The notes beneath the pieces were generated by a model, which had not been told where the DNA came from, did no database searches, and saw only the letters and a list, made by a program, of their open reading frames with translations. The translations under genes were made by a program, and so were the position numbers. From an uncultured Isosphaeraceae bacterium (GTDB lineage: Bacteria > Planctomycetota > Phycisphaerae > Phycisphaerales > SM1A02), in contig CAZSSV010000001.1 of the NCBI GenBank assembly GCA_964609425.1, forward strand, positions 905-38,642: DNA of 37,738 nucleotides, in the 5' to 3' direction. Every line of letters begins with the position of its first letter. The first letter of the stretch is position 1. Of this stretch, positions 9,237 to 16,906 are shown in pieces.

Positions 9237-9842
9237 ATGCAACGACATCTGATTCGACTGGTCGTACTTGTCGCGTTGTGCGTGACGCCGCTCATGGCGT
9301 GGCAGGCGGCCGCCAACCGTGCGGCTGTGACGCCCACGGTCGTCGGCACAATTGACCTGCCCAGGGTGCTGGAGTCGCTGGACGAGTGGGCGGCTGAGAT
9401 GCAGCGGGCCCAGGCGGCAGGTGAGGCCTTCCAGGCGGAACTCGCCCAGAAGCGGGATGATCTGGACGGCCTGGCGGCAGATATGGAAGACTTCGTCCTC
9501 GGGACGGACCAGTACGCCGCTGCCGAGCACGCGCTCAAGAAGGCTTCGATCGACCTACGGGCGTTCATGAGCTATGCGGACATGCGTGAGGCGAGGACCA
9601 AGCAAAGGGCCATTCTGCGGATCTACAACCATGTTCGGTCTGCAACGCAGGAACTCTCAGACCGGGACGGATACGGCATTGTGCTCATGGACGATTCAGC
9701 GATTCCCATCGCCGAGGACAGCTCCGACATCCTTGGCGATATCTCGTCACGCCGCGTGCTGTACGCCGCAGCGACACTCGACATCACGGAGCCGCTGATC
9801 GCCTTCATGAACGCGCAGTGGCAGGCGGCCCGCGGCCAGTGA
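9237..9842 (+). CDS. skp: OmpH/Skp-family periplasmic chaperone, paralog 2
   Basis: Signal peptide ([26 protein letters not shown]). Helical body of the same size and organisation as the preceding gene ([13 protein letters not shown]...ELAQKRDDL...). Located between skp-1 and lpxD. Confidence 0.68.
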   Translation: MQRHLIRLVVLVALCVTPLMAWQAAANRAAVTPTVVGTIDLPRVLESLDEWAAEMQRAQAAGEAFQAELAQKRDDLDGLAADMEDFVLGTDQYAAAEHALKKASIDLRAFMSYADMREARTKQRAILRIYNHVRSATQELSDRDGYGIVLMDDSAIPIAEDSSDILGDISSRRVLYAAATLDITEPLIAFMNAQWQAARGQ

Positions 9843-9861
9843 TGCCTCGTCGCTACACGAC

Positions 9862-10887
9862 ATGTTGACCGCGGCCGACATCGCCAAACGCCTGGGCGGC
9901 GAGCTCGTCGGATCGGGCGAGCATTGTGTTGCTGGCTTCGCTGGACTCGACGAGGCCGCGGCTTCGGATCTGGTTTTCATCGCACATGCGAAGTGGGCCG
10001 ACCGCTGGGTGACCAGTCAGGCCGTCGTGGCGCTTGTGACGCGTGGCGTCGAAGTTCCCGGGCACGATCCGGACGCGAGAACATTGGTCGTTGTGGATGA
10101 CGCCGAAATCGGAATGATGCTGCTTCTCGACTCCGTTGCTGCCGAGCTTCGGCCAGGGCCGGCGCCCGGCGTGCATGCAGGGGCTCACATCGACGACACG
10201 GCGACCCTCGGCCAGGGCGCTCACGTCGCCGCCGGTGCGGTGGTCGCCGCCGGCGCGGTGGTCGGCGACGGAGCCGCCATCGGGGCGGGGGCGGTGGTGG
10301 AGAAGGGGGCCGTGGTGGGTGCCGGGGCCAGGCTGCACGCAGGTGCCGTGCTTGGCGAAGGCTGTTCCATCGGCGAGCGAAGCGTTCTGCATTACGGCGC
10401 GATGGTGGGCGGCGAGGGATTCGGCTTTCGGCCCGACCCGGATTCGGGCCTGCCCCGAAGGGTGCCGCACCTCGGAACCGTTGAAATCGGTGCCGATGTC
10501 GAGATCGGGGCCTCTTCCTGCGTCGACAGGGGCAAGTTTGGTCCGACCACCATCGGGGACGGTACCAAGATCGACAATCTCGTCCAGATCGCTCACAACG
10601 TCCAAATCGGTCGTGGGGTCATCATCGCCGGTCAGGCGGGCCTGGCCGGATCGGTCCAGGTGGGGGACGGGGCGGTTCTCGGGGCTCAAGTGGGGGTCGC
10701 GGAGCATGTCGAAATCGGCGCTGGGGCCAGAATCGCGGCGACCAGTGGCGTCATGCGCACGGTTCCCGCTGACGAGGATTGGGCAGGAACGCCCGCCCGC
10801 CCGGCACGCCAGACTTTGCGAGAGGTTGCGGCCCTCCGTAAACTGCCGGAACTGGTGGCCTCCATGGCGCGGCGGGAATCGTCCTGA
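9862..10887 (+). CDS. lpxD: UDP-3-O-acylglucosamine N-acyltransferase, canonical paralog (LpxD-2)
   Basis: LpxD N-domain, long hexapeptide run and GFGF. The catalytic-His block [13 protein letters not shown] is close to the E. coli DNQCQIAHNVVIG. Conserved lpxD-fabZ-lpxA order. Confidence 0.92.
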   Translation: MLTAADIAKRLGGELVGSGEHCVAGFAGLDEAAASDLVFIAHAKWADRWVTSQAVVALVTRGVEVPGHDPDARTLVVVDDAEIGMMLLLDSVAAELRPGPAPGVHAGAHIDDTATLGQGAHVAAGAVVAAGAVVGDGAAIGAGAVVEKGAVVGAGARLHAGAVLGEGCSIGERSVLHYGAMVGGEGFGFRPDPDSGLPRRVPHLGTVEIGADVEIGASSCVDRGKFGPTTIGDGTKIDNLVQIAHNVQIGRGVIIAGQAGLAGSVQVGDGAVLGAQVGVAEHVEIGAGARIAATSGVMRTVPADEDWAGTPARPARQTLREVAALRKLPELVASMARRESS

Positions 10888-10913
10888 CGCGTCTGAGGTT
10901 TCTGGTTTCGCCC

Positions 10914-12275
10914 ATGGACGAGCCGCAGACCCAGCCTGTTGAATCCGAACGAGCGACCACCCGTCAGCGGACGCTGGCTCGCGAGGTGTCGGTGCGTGGC
11001 AAGGGGCTCATGCTCGGTCAGGATGCGGAGCTGCGACTCTGCCCGGCTCCCTCAGATCATGGGCTGGCATTTGAACGAGTCGACCTGGACCCGCCGGTGC
11101 GGATCCCAGTGACGATCGAGCATGCGCTGGAGCGGGATCGCAGGACCGCAATCGGCTCAGGCGATGCTGTGGTCGAGACGATCGAGCACTGCATGTCGGC
11201 GCTGAGAGGTGCCGGCATCGACAATGCCCTTCTGAAGATCGATGGGCCTGAAGTGCCGCTGGGCGACGGAAGTGCATCGGCATTCATGGCTGCCATCGCA
11301 GAAGCCGGCGTTGAGACGCAGGATCAGGCTCGCCACGTGATCCAGATCGAAGAGCCGATCGTCCTTCGAGAAGGTGACACCATGCTTGCGGTGTTCCCCT
11401 CAGGGAGTGATGAGTTTCGGGTCATGTACGAACTCGACTACGGCAAAGCTTCGTCTCGCATTCCCCGGCAGTCCTTCGCGTTCACCCTCGACGCGTCCTC
11501 CTATTCGGAGGAAGTCTCCGAGGCTCGAACGTACAGTCTTGAGGAAGAAGCAAGAGCGTTGCAGGACCAGGGGCTTTGCACGCATCTGTCACCCGCCGAC
11601 GTTTTGGTCATTGGCGACGACGGCCCCATCGAAAACACGTGGCGTTTCGACAATGAGCCAGTGCGGCACAAGGTGCTCGATCTGATTGGCGATCTGATGC
11701 TGGTCGGCGCACCAGTGGCGGGGCACTTCATCGGGACCAGATCCGGGCACGCCCTCAATCGCCGAATGTGCCGGGCGATCTGCGAGCAGATCGAGCGAAA
11801 GGAGCGAGCCGAGCGGCTCGAATCCGGACGCACGATGGATATTCGGGCCATCCAACAGATCATGCCGCACCGGTACCCCATGTTGCTGGTCGATCGCGTG
11901 GTCGAAGTTGAAGGTAATCAGCGGGCCATCGGCGTCAAGAATGTGACCATCAATGAGCCGTTTTTCACCGGGCACTATCCCGGGACACCGATCATGCCTG
12001 GCGTGTTGATCGTCGAAGCCATGGCTCAACTCGGGGGTCTGCTTCTGAGCCAGACGCTTGAGCACCACGGAAAGATCGCGGTTCTGCTCAGCTTGGACAG
12101 GGTCAAACTTCGGCATCCGGTGACGCCAGGGGATCAACTGATGCTCGAGGCCGAGACGATCCGCGCCAGCACGCGTACGGCCGCCATTCGATGCCGCGCG
12201 TACGTGGCCGATCGCGATGTCGCTGAGGCGCAGATTCGATTTATGATGGTCGATGCGGACCAGGCTCACGGATGA
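10914..12275 (+). CDS. lpxC/fabZ: Bifunctional UDP-3-O-acyl-GlcNAc deacetylase / 3-hydroxyacyl-ACP dehydratase (LpxC-FabZ fusion)
   Basis: The N-terminal approx 300 aa carry LpxC motifs (GLAFERVDL..., ETIEHCMSAL, HKVLDLIGDL, SGHALN). The C-terminal module from Met308 (ATG 11835) carries the FabZ signature (IMPHRYPMLLVDRV...EPFFTGHYPGTPIMPGVLIVEAMAQ). Confidence 0.93.
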   Translation: MDEPQTQPVESERATTRQRTLAREVSVRGKGLMLGQDAELRLCPAPSDHGLAFERVDLDPPVRIPVTIEHALERDRRTAIGSGDAVVETIEHCMSALRGAGIDNALLKIDGPEVPLGDGSASAFMAAIAEAGVETQDQARHVIQIEEPIVLREGDTMLAVFPSGSDEFRVMYELDYGKASSRIPRQSFAFTLDASSYSEEVSEARTYSLEEEARALQDQGLCTHLSPADVLVIGDDGPIENTWRFDNEPVRHKVLDLIGDLMLVGAPVAGHFIGTRSGHALNRRMCRAICEQIERKERAERLESGRTMDIRAIQQIMPHRYPMLLVDRVVEVEGNQRAIGVKNVTINEPFFTGHYPGTPIMPGVLIVEAMAQLGGLLLSQTLEHHGKIAVLLSLDRVKLRHPVTPGDQLMLEAETIRASTRTAAIRCRAYVADRDVAEAQIRFMMVDADQAHG

Positions 12276-12291
12276 GGAGTGTCGGTACACC

Positions 12292-13131
12292 ATGACCTCG
12301 GTTCACCCAACAGCGATCATCGACCCGAGTGCGGAGTTGGCCGACGATGTTCGTGTCGGTCCCTATTGCGTCATCGGGCCGGATGTCCAGATTGGCGGCG
12401 GGTCCGTACTCGACGCCCACGTGACGATTGGCATGCGGACTGTGCTCGGATCGAGAAACCACCTGCACTCACACTGCGCGGTTGGCGGCGATCCACAGGA
12501 CCGCAAGTACGCGGGAGAGCTGACTGACCTGCGAATCGGTGACGACAACGAGATTCGCGAGCATGTGACCATTCATCGCGGAACCGGAAACGGTGGAAGC
12601 GTCACCGACGTCGGGTCCGGAAACCTGCTGATGGTCGGGGCCCACGTGGCCCACGACTGCTCGGTGGGTGACGGCACCGTGATCGCCAATCAGGTGATGC
12701 TTGCAGGGCACGTCAGAGTTGAGGATGGTGCCTCAATCGGAGGCGGGGTTGGCGTTCATCACTTTGCAACCATCGGCCGCCTCTCGTTCGTGGGCGGACT
12801 CGCCAGAGTCTCGCGAGACGTGCCGCCCTTCATGATTGTGGAAGGCCACCCAGCCGAGGCGCGTGCGGTCAATGCCATCGGCATGTTGAGGAACGACTAC
12901 GCCCAGTCTGACATCGAGGCGATGAAGGAAGCGTTCCGCCGCGTGTATCGAGGTGCCTCCGTCGTCGCCGAAGCCATCGCCGAGCTTCGCGCCGGGTTCT
13001 CTGGTGTCGAAGCGGTCGGACACCTGTGCGACTCGATCGAAGCATCCACCATGGGCACCCACGGCCGCGCGCGAGAAGCGATGCGTACTGACGACAAGTG
13101 GACGGCGGCGGACGCCGCCGAAGCAACCTAG
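12292..13131 (+). CDS. lpxA: Acyl-ACP--UDP-N-acetylglucosamine O-acyltransferase
   Basis: MTSVHPTAIIDPSAELADDVRVGPYCVIG..., the catalytic block GAHVAHDCSVGD, and the VPPFMIVEGHPA segment. Start trimmed to ATG 12292, downstream of the lpxC/fabZ stop at 12275. Confidence 0.92.
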   Translation: MTSVHPTAIIDPSAELADDVRVGPYCVIGPDVQIGGGSVLDAHVTIGMRTVLGSRNHLHSHCAVGGDPQDRKYAGELTDLRIGDDNEIREHVTIHRGTGNGGSVTDVGSGNLLMVGAHVAHDCSVGDGTVIANQVMLAGHVRVEDGASIGGGVGVHHFATIGRLSFVGGLARVSRDVPPFMIVEGHPAEARAVNAIGMLRNDYAQSDIEAMKEAFRRVYRGASVVAEAIAELRAGFSGVEAVGHLCDSIEASTMGTHGRAREAMRTDDKWTAADAAEAT

Positions 13132-13362
13132 TCAGCCCAAGTCGTCTTCGTCTTCGACCACAGGCTCGTCCTCGCCGTCTTCATCACGAGGTTCGTCGTC
13201 GTCTTCGTCCGCGTCGTCCGCATCGAAGTACTCGCTCGTACCGTCAAAGTACCCCTCGTTCTCTTCGTCTTCGATGGGGTGAGCGGTGGATTGGAAGAAG
13301 GTGAGTGCCGCGTCCACCCACAGAGGGCGGCGGGTGAGGGTTGTCGAGGTGATGTCAGGCAT
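13132..13362 (-). CDS. Small hypothetical protein (76 aa) with an extremely acidic C-terminal half
   Basis: ORF with high GC3. In the last 49 residues 27 are D/E (IEDEENEGYFDGTSEYFDADDADEDDDEPRDEDGEDEPVVEDEDDLG). No obvious SD. Its stop codon abuts the lpxA stop. Confidence 0.45.
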   Translation of the reverse strand: MPDITSTTLTRRPLWVDAALTFFQSTAHPIEDEENEGYFDGTSEYFDADDADEDDDEPRDEDGEDEPVVEDEDDLG

Positions 13363-13487
13363 GATCAGTGCTGGCCGTTGCTGTGCGGGTGGCGAAACTC
13401 CCGCGGGCGAGGGTGTGGATCGGCCTCAGATGGCGATCGCGCGGATTCTAGCGACCTGGCTCAGGGTGTCGAGTGGGGCGCGTTCGA

Positions 13488-13922
13488 TCATGGTTGCCCC
13501 ATGGCGGCCGCTCCGGAAAACGAGGCTGCGGGGCGATAGCCCCACTCTGCCATGGTTTCCGCCAGCGTGCTGGTGTCGAGGTACCGCAGCGACCCTCCGA
13601 CGTAGATGGTGGTCCCGGAGGGCAGGCCTGCGGGGAGCACCACCGGCAGATCCGCCACGCGGTCGAACCCCGGTGACAGCACCAGCCCTGCGGCGTGTCG
13701 GCCGTGCCAAGCCCCTCGGCCCGGCGCCTGAGCCGTGTAGTCGTACTCGATGAGCTTGATCGAGCGCTCATTCGGATTGGTAATGCGCACCTGTACCACG
13801 CCAGCGGTGGCGTCGGCAGTTGCTTGGGTGATCCGGCCGGTATCCAGCACCTGGACGGAGGGCGGCGAAACGCATCCGGCCACAAGGGCGAGCGATGCTG
13901 CTGCGGCGAGTCGCGTGTGCAT
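13488..13922 (-). CDS. Lipoprotein, LEA_2 (LEA14/NDR1-like) fold suspected
   Basis: The lipobox is MHTRLAAAASLALVAG|C. The beta-rich body with VVQVRITNPNERSIKLIEYDY resembles bacterial LEA type-2 lipoproteins. Confidence 0.65.
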   Translation of the reverse strand: MHTRLAAAASLALVAGCVSPPSVQVLDTGRITQATADATAGVVQVRITNPNERSIKLIEYDYTAQAPGRGAWHGRHAAGLVLSPGFDRVADLPVVLPAGLPSGTTIYVGGSLRYLDTSTLAETMAEWGYRPAASFSGAAAMGQP

Positions 13923-14081
13923 GAGAGCACGATATCAGGGTGGCTCGCCCCGTTGCCTCTCTCGCAACCCCCCCAGCCGGTATGGCCTGCCCCGCTCGGG
14001 CTGGATCGCGAGGAATCGGCTCAGGACACATGGGAGACGAGTCGATCCCGACTTCGACCCGCACACCCCTTGGAGTTCCGG

Positions 14082-15137
14082 ATGCAACTCGACGCGATTC
14101 TCCAGTCTGCAGCAAACCTCGGCGCCAGCGATGTTCATCTGGTCCCCGGCCATGTTCCGATGGTGCGGGTAGATACGGTTATGCGGAGCCTGGATCTGCC
14201 GGTCCTGGTCAACGCCGATTTGGACGGATTTGTCTGTGAGATCACCTCGAAGTCCCAGCGGGAGCGGCTGGCGGCCGAGCAGGACCTGGATCTGTCCTAC
14301 GCCGTGAGCGCACTTGGCCGCTTTCGCGTCAACATCCACCGGCAGCGGACCGGTCTGGCCATGGCCATGCGGGCGATTCGGTCGACCATCCCACCGCTGG
14401 AGGATCTCAACCTTCCGGATGTCGTTCAGCGGTTCGCCATGCTTCCACGCGGGCTTGTGCTGGTCACTGGCGACACCGGGTCGGGCAAGTCCACCACGCT
14501 GGCCGCCATCATTCAGGCGATCAATGCTCGAGAACGCAAGCACATCATCACGCTCGAGGATCCGATTGAGTACACATTCCAGTCGCGGCAGTGCCTGATT
14601 GAACAGCGAGAACTCGGCGCGGACTTGCCGTCGTTCGCGTCCGGGCTCAAGCATGCCCTTCGCCAGGACCCGGACATCATTCTCGTCGGCGAAATGCGGG
14701 ACCTGGAGACGACGGCCCTGGCCATGAGTGCTGCGGAAACTGGACACCTTGTCCTCTCCACCCTTCACACCGTCAGCGCGGCTCAGACGGTCGAGCGCAT
14801 CATCGACATGTATCCGGCCAACCAGCAGAACCAGATTCGGTCGATGCTCGGCGACACGCTGCAGGCCGTCCTCTCACAGTCGTTGTTCGCAAGAGCCGAC
14901 GGTGACGGCATGGTGCCGGCGGTGGAGATCCTGCTGTGTACACCGGCCGTACGCAATCTCATTCGTGAGAATCGCACATTCGAGATTCCCAATGTGATCG
15001 AGACGAGCCGAGGTCTGGGCATGACCACGCTCGACTCATCCATCTCGCAGTTGTATTTCAATGGACTCATTTCCGGGGAGGATGCAGTCGCCCGAGCCGT
15101 GTATCCGGATGCCATGGAGCAGGCCATCGCGGCCTGA
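14082..15137 (+). CDS. pilT: PilT/PilU-family hexameric secretion ATPase (351 aa)
   Basis: Walker A GDTGSGKST, Asp box ITLEDPIEY, Walker B DPDIILVGEMRD, His box TGHLVLSTLHT, and a PilT-type AVRNLIRENR motif. Short N-domain with no GspE_N/PilB extension. GGAG lies 8 nt upstream of the ATG. Confidence 0.9.
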   Translation: MQLDAILQSAANLGASDVHLVPGHVPMVRVDTVMRSLDLPVLVNADLDGFVCEITSKSQRERLAAEQDLDLSYAVSALGRFRVNIHRQRTGLAMAMRAIRSTIPPLEDLNLPDVVQRFAMLPRGLVLVTGDTGSGKSTTLAAIIQAINARERKHIITLEDPIEYTFQSRQCLIEQRELGADLPSFASGLKHALRQDPDIILVGEMRDLETTALAMSAAETGHLVLSTLHTVSAAQTVERIIDMYPANQQNQIRSMLGDTLQAVLSQSLFARADGDGMVPAVEILLCTPAVRNLIRENRTFEIPNVIETSRGLGMTTLDSSISQLYFNGLISGEDAVARAVYPDAMEQAIAA

Positions 15138-15143
15138 TCGCGC

Positions 15144-16370
15144 ATGCCCAACTACCTCTGGGAAGTTCGGACGCCGGGCGGACGCACCGAGTCGGGTCGC
15201 ATGTCGGCCGAGACCGCGGGTGCCGCAGCGTTGGTGCTTCGCCGGCAAGGGCACCACGTGCTCAAACTGGTGCCGCTTGCCGATCGCCGTTTCGAATGGA
15301 AGCGGATTGTCGAGATTCTGAATGCCGGAACCGGACCTTCACAGAAGGAGGTTCTGGACTTCACGGTTCAACTGGCGGTGATGGTTCGTGCGGGCATCAA
15401 TCTTCGCCAGGCCCTGGACGGCATCGGTGAGCAGACGAAGAACGCCAAGTTCCGCCGAATCATCCTGCAAATCCGCGCCGACGTCGAAGCAGGCCGCTCG
15501 TTTTCCGAGGCCATCTCCAAGTATCCAAAACAGTTCAACGCTCTGTATGTCAATATGGTCAAAGCGTCCGAGATGTCCGGGTCCTTCGCACAGATGCTTG
15601 ACCGCATCGCGTCCTTCATCACGCAACAACTTGAGACCAGAAAGATGGTCATCGGGGCGAGCATCTACCCGGGAATCATCGCCACCATGGCGACTGGTGT
15701 GACGGTCTTTCTGTTGACCTTTGTCCTGCCGAGATTCGCCGGAGTGTTTGCAGGCAAGGAAGACGTCCTTCCCGGGCCCACCAAGATGCTGATGGGGCTC
15801 TCGGCGTGGATGGTCGGCAACTGGCAGGTGCTGGTCGGTGCCGTGATCGCGTGCATCATCGCAGTGCTGCTCGCACTCCGCACCGGCCCGGGCCAGTTGG
15901 CGCTCGACCGGGTCAAACTCCTTGCGCCGCTCTTCCGTGGAATGTTTCGGGCGTTGTACGTCAGTCGGTCGCTTCAGACGATGGGGGAGTTGCTCAACGC
16001 GGGCGTCCCCGTGCTCGACGCCGTGGGTGTGACGGCGGACATCTCTGGGAATCGTCTGTACCGTGATTTGTGGTGCCGTGTCCAGGCGTCGGTTCGCGAT
16101 GGCAACAAGCTCAATGACGAATTGGAGAAGTCCAGGCTACTTCCAGGATCAGTCGTGCAAATGGTCGCCGCTGGCGAGGAGTCGGGCCGCCTTGGTGAGG
16201 TGCTGGAGGAAGTTGCGGAGTTCTATCATCGTGTTCTTCGCGATGCGATCAAGGCGATGACGAGCATGATCGAACCTTTGCTCATCGTGGTCATGGGCTC
16301 GATTGTTGGTTTCATCGCCATGGCGATCATCTTGCCGATCTTCAAGATGAGTTCGTTGGTGTCCGGATGA
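15144..16370 (+). CDS. pilC: Type II secretion / type IV pilus platform protein (GspF/PilC family)
   Basis: 408 aa with two T2SSF-type repeats (FTVQLAVMVRAGINLRQAL... and SLQTMGELLNAGVPVLDAV...) and three TM segments. Starts 6 nt after the pilT stop. Confidence 0.9.
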   Translation: MPNYLWEVRTPGGRTESGRMSAETAGAAALVLRRQGHHVLKLVPLADRRFEWKRIVEILNAGTGPSQKEVLDFTVQLAVMVRAGINLRQALDGIGEQTKNAKFRRIILQIRADVEAGRSFSEAISKYPKQFNALYVNMVKASEMSGSFAQMLDRIASFITQQLETRKMVIGASIYPGIIATMATGVTVFLLTFVLPRFAGVFAGKEDVLPGPTKMLMGLSAWMVGNWQVLVGAVIACIIAVLLALRTGPGQLALDRVKLLAPLFRGMFRALYVSRSLQTMGELLNAGVPVLDAVGVTADISGNRLYRDLWCRVQASVRDGNKLNDELEKSRLLPGSVVQMVAAGEESGRLGEVLEEVAEFYHRVLRDAIKAMTSMIEPLLIVVMGSIVGFIAMAIILPIFKMSSLVSG

Positions 16371-16906
16371 TGCGGCCAGGTCGAGTCAGGTCGAAGGGGC
16401 GTCGGGGCTTCACGCTCGTGGAGACGGGGCTCGCCATCGTCATCGTGGCGACGGGCATGCTCGCGATGCTCGCGGCGCACGAGGCGTTTGTGCAGCAGAA
16501 TGAGTGGGGCGAGCGTGCGTCACAGGCTGCGCGGCTCGGTGGCGAGATTCGCGAGCGAAGCATGACCCTTGCGCTGGCGGACCCGGTTACGGGCAGCACG
16601 TTCTGGGGCGCCGAGTCCGGCGAGGTGACGCTGGCCGACTGGGACGATATGGACGACTACGACGGGCTCGATGTGTCGGGATGGGGTGGTGACGGCCCGA
16701 TCGACGCTTCAGGAAGTGTCATTCCGGGCATGCAGGGCTGGCGGCAGGTCGTCGAGGTTCAGTCGGTGGACCCGACCGATCTCGCGACGCCGGTTGCTGA
16801 CGGAACTTCAGAGGCGGTTCGCGTTTCGGTGGACGTGTACTGGCAGGAGAGCGTCGGAGACCCCGGTGACCTGGTCACCACGGTGACATGGGTGCACGTG
16901 CAATGA
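16367..16906 (+). CDS. Prepilin-type N-terminal cleavage/methylation domain pseudopilin (179 aa)
   Basis: Leader MMRPGRVRSKGRRG|FTLVETGLAIVIVATGMLAML has the G|F cleavage site and Glu5. The ATG overlaps the pilC stop (ATGA). Confidence 0.8.
   Translation: MMRPGRVRSKGRRGFTLVETGLAIVIVATGMLAMLAAHEAFVQQNEWGERASQAARLGGEIRERSMTLALADPVTGSTFWGAESGEVTLADWDDMDDYDGLDVSGWGGDGPIDASGSVIPGMQGWRQVVEVQSVDPTDLATPVADGTSEAVRVSVDVYWQESVGDPGDLVTTVTWVHVQ

Noticed and set aside
10225-10335. Near-tandem nucleotide repeats inside lpxD-2 ([33 protein letters not shown])
   Set aside because: These are explained by the regular hexapeptide periodicity of the left-handed beta-helix fold. This is not an independent repeat element.
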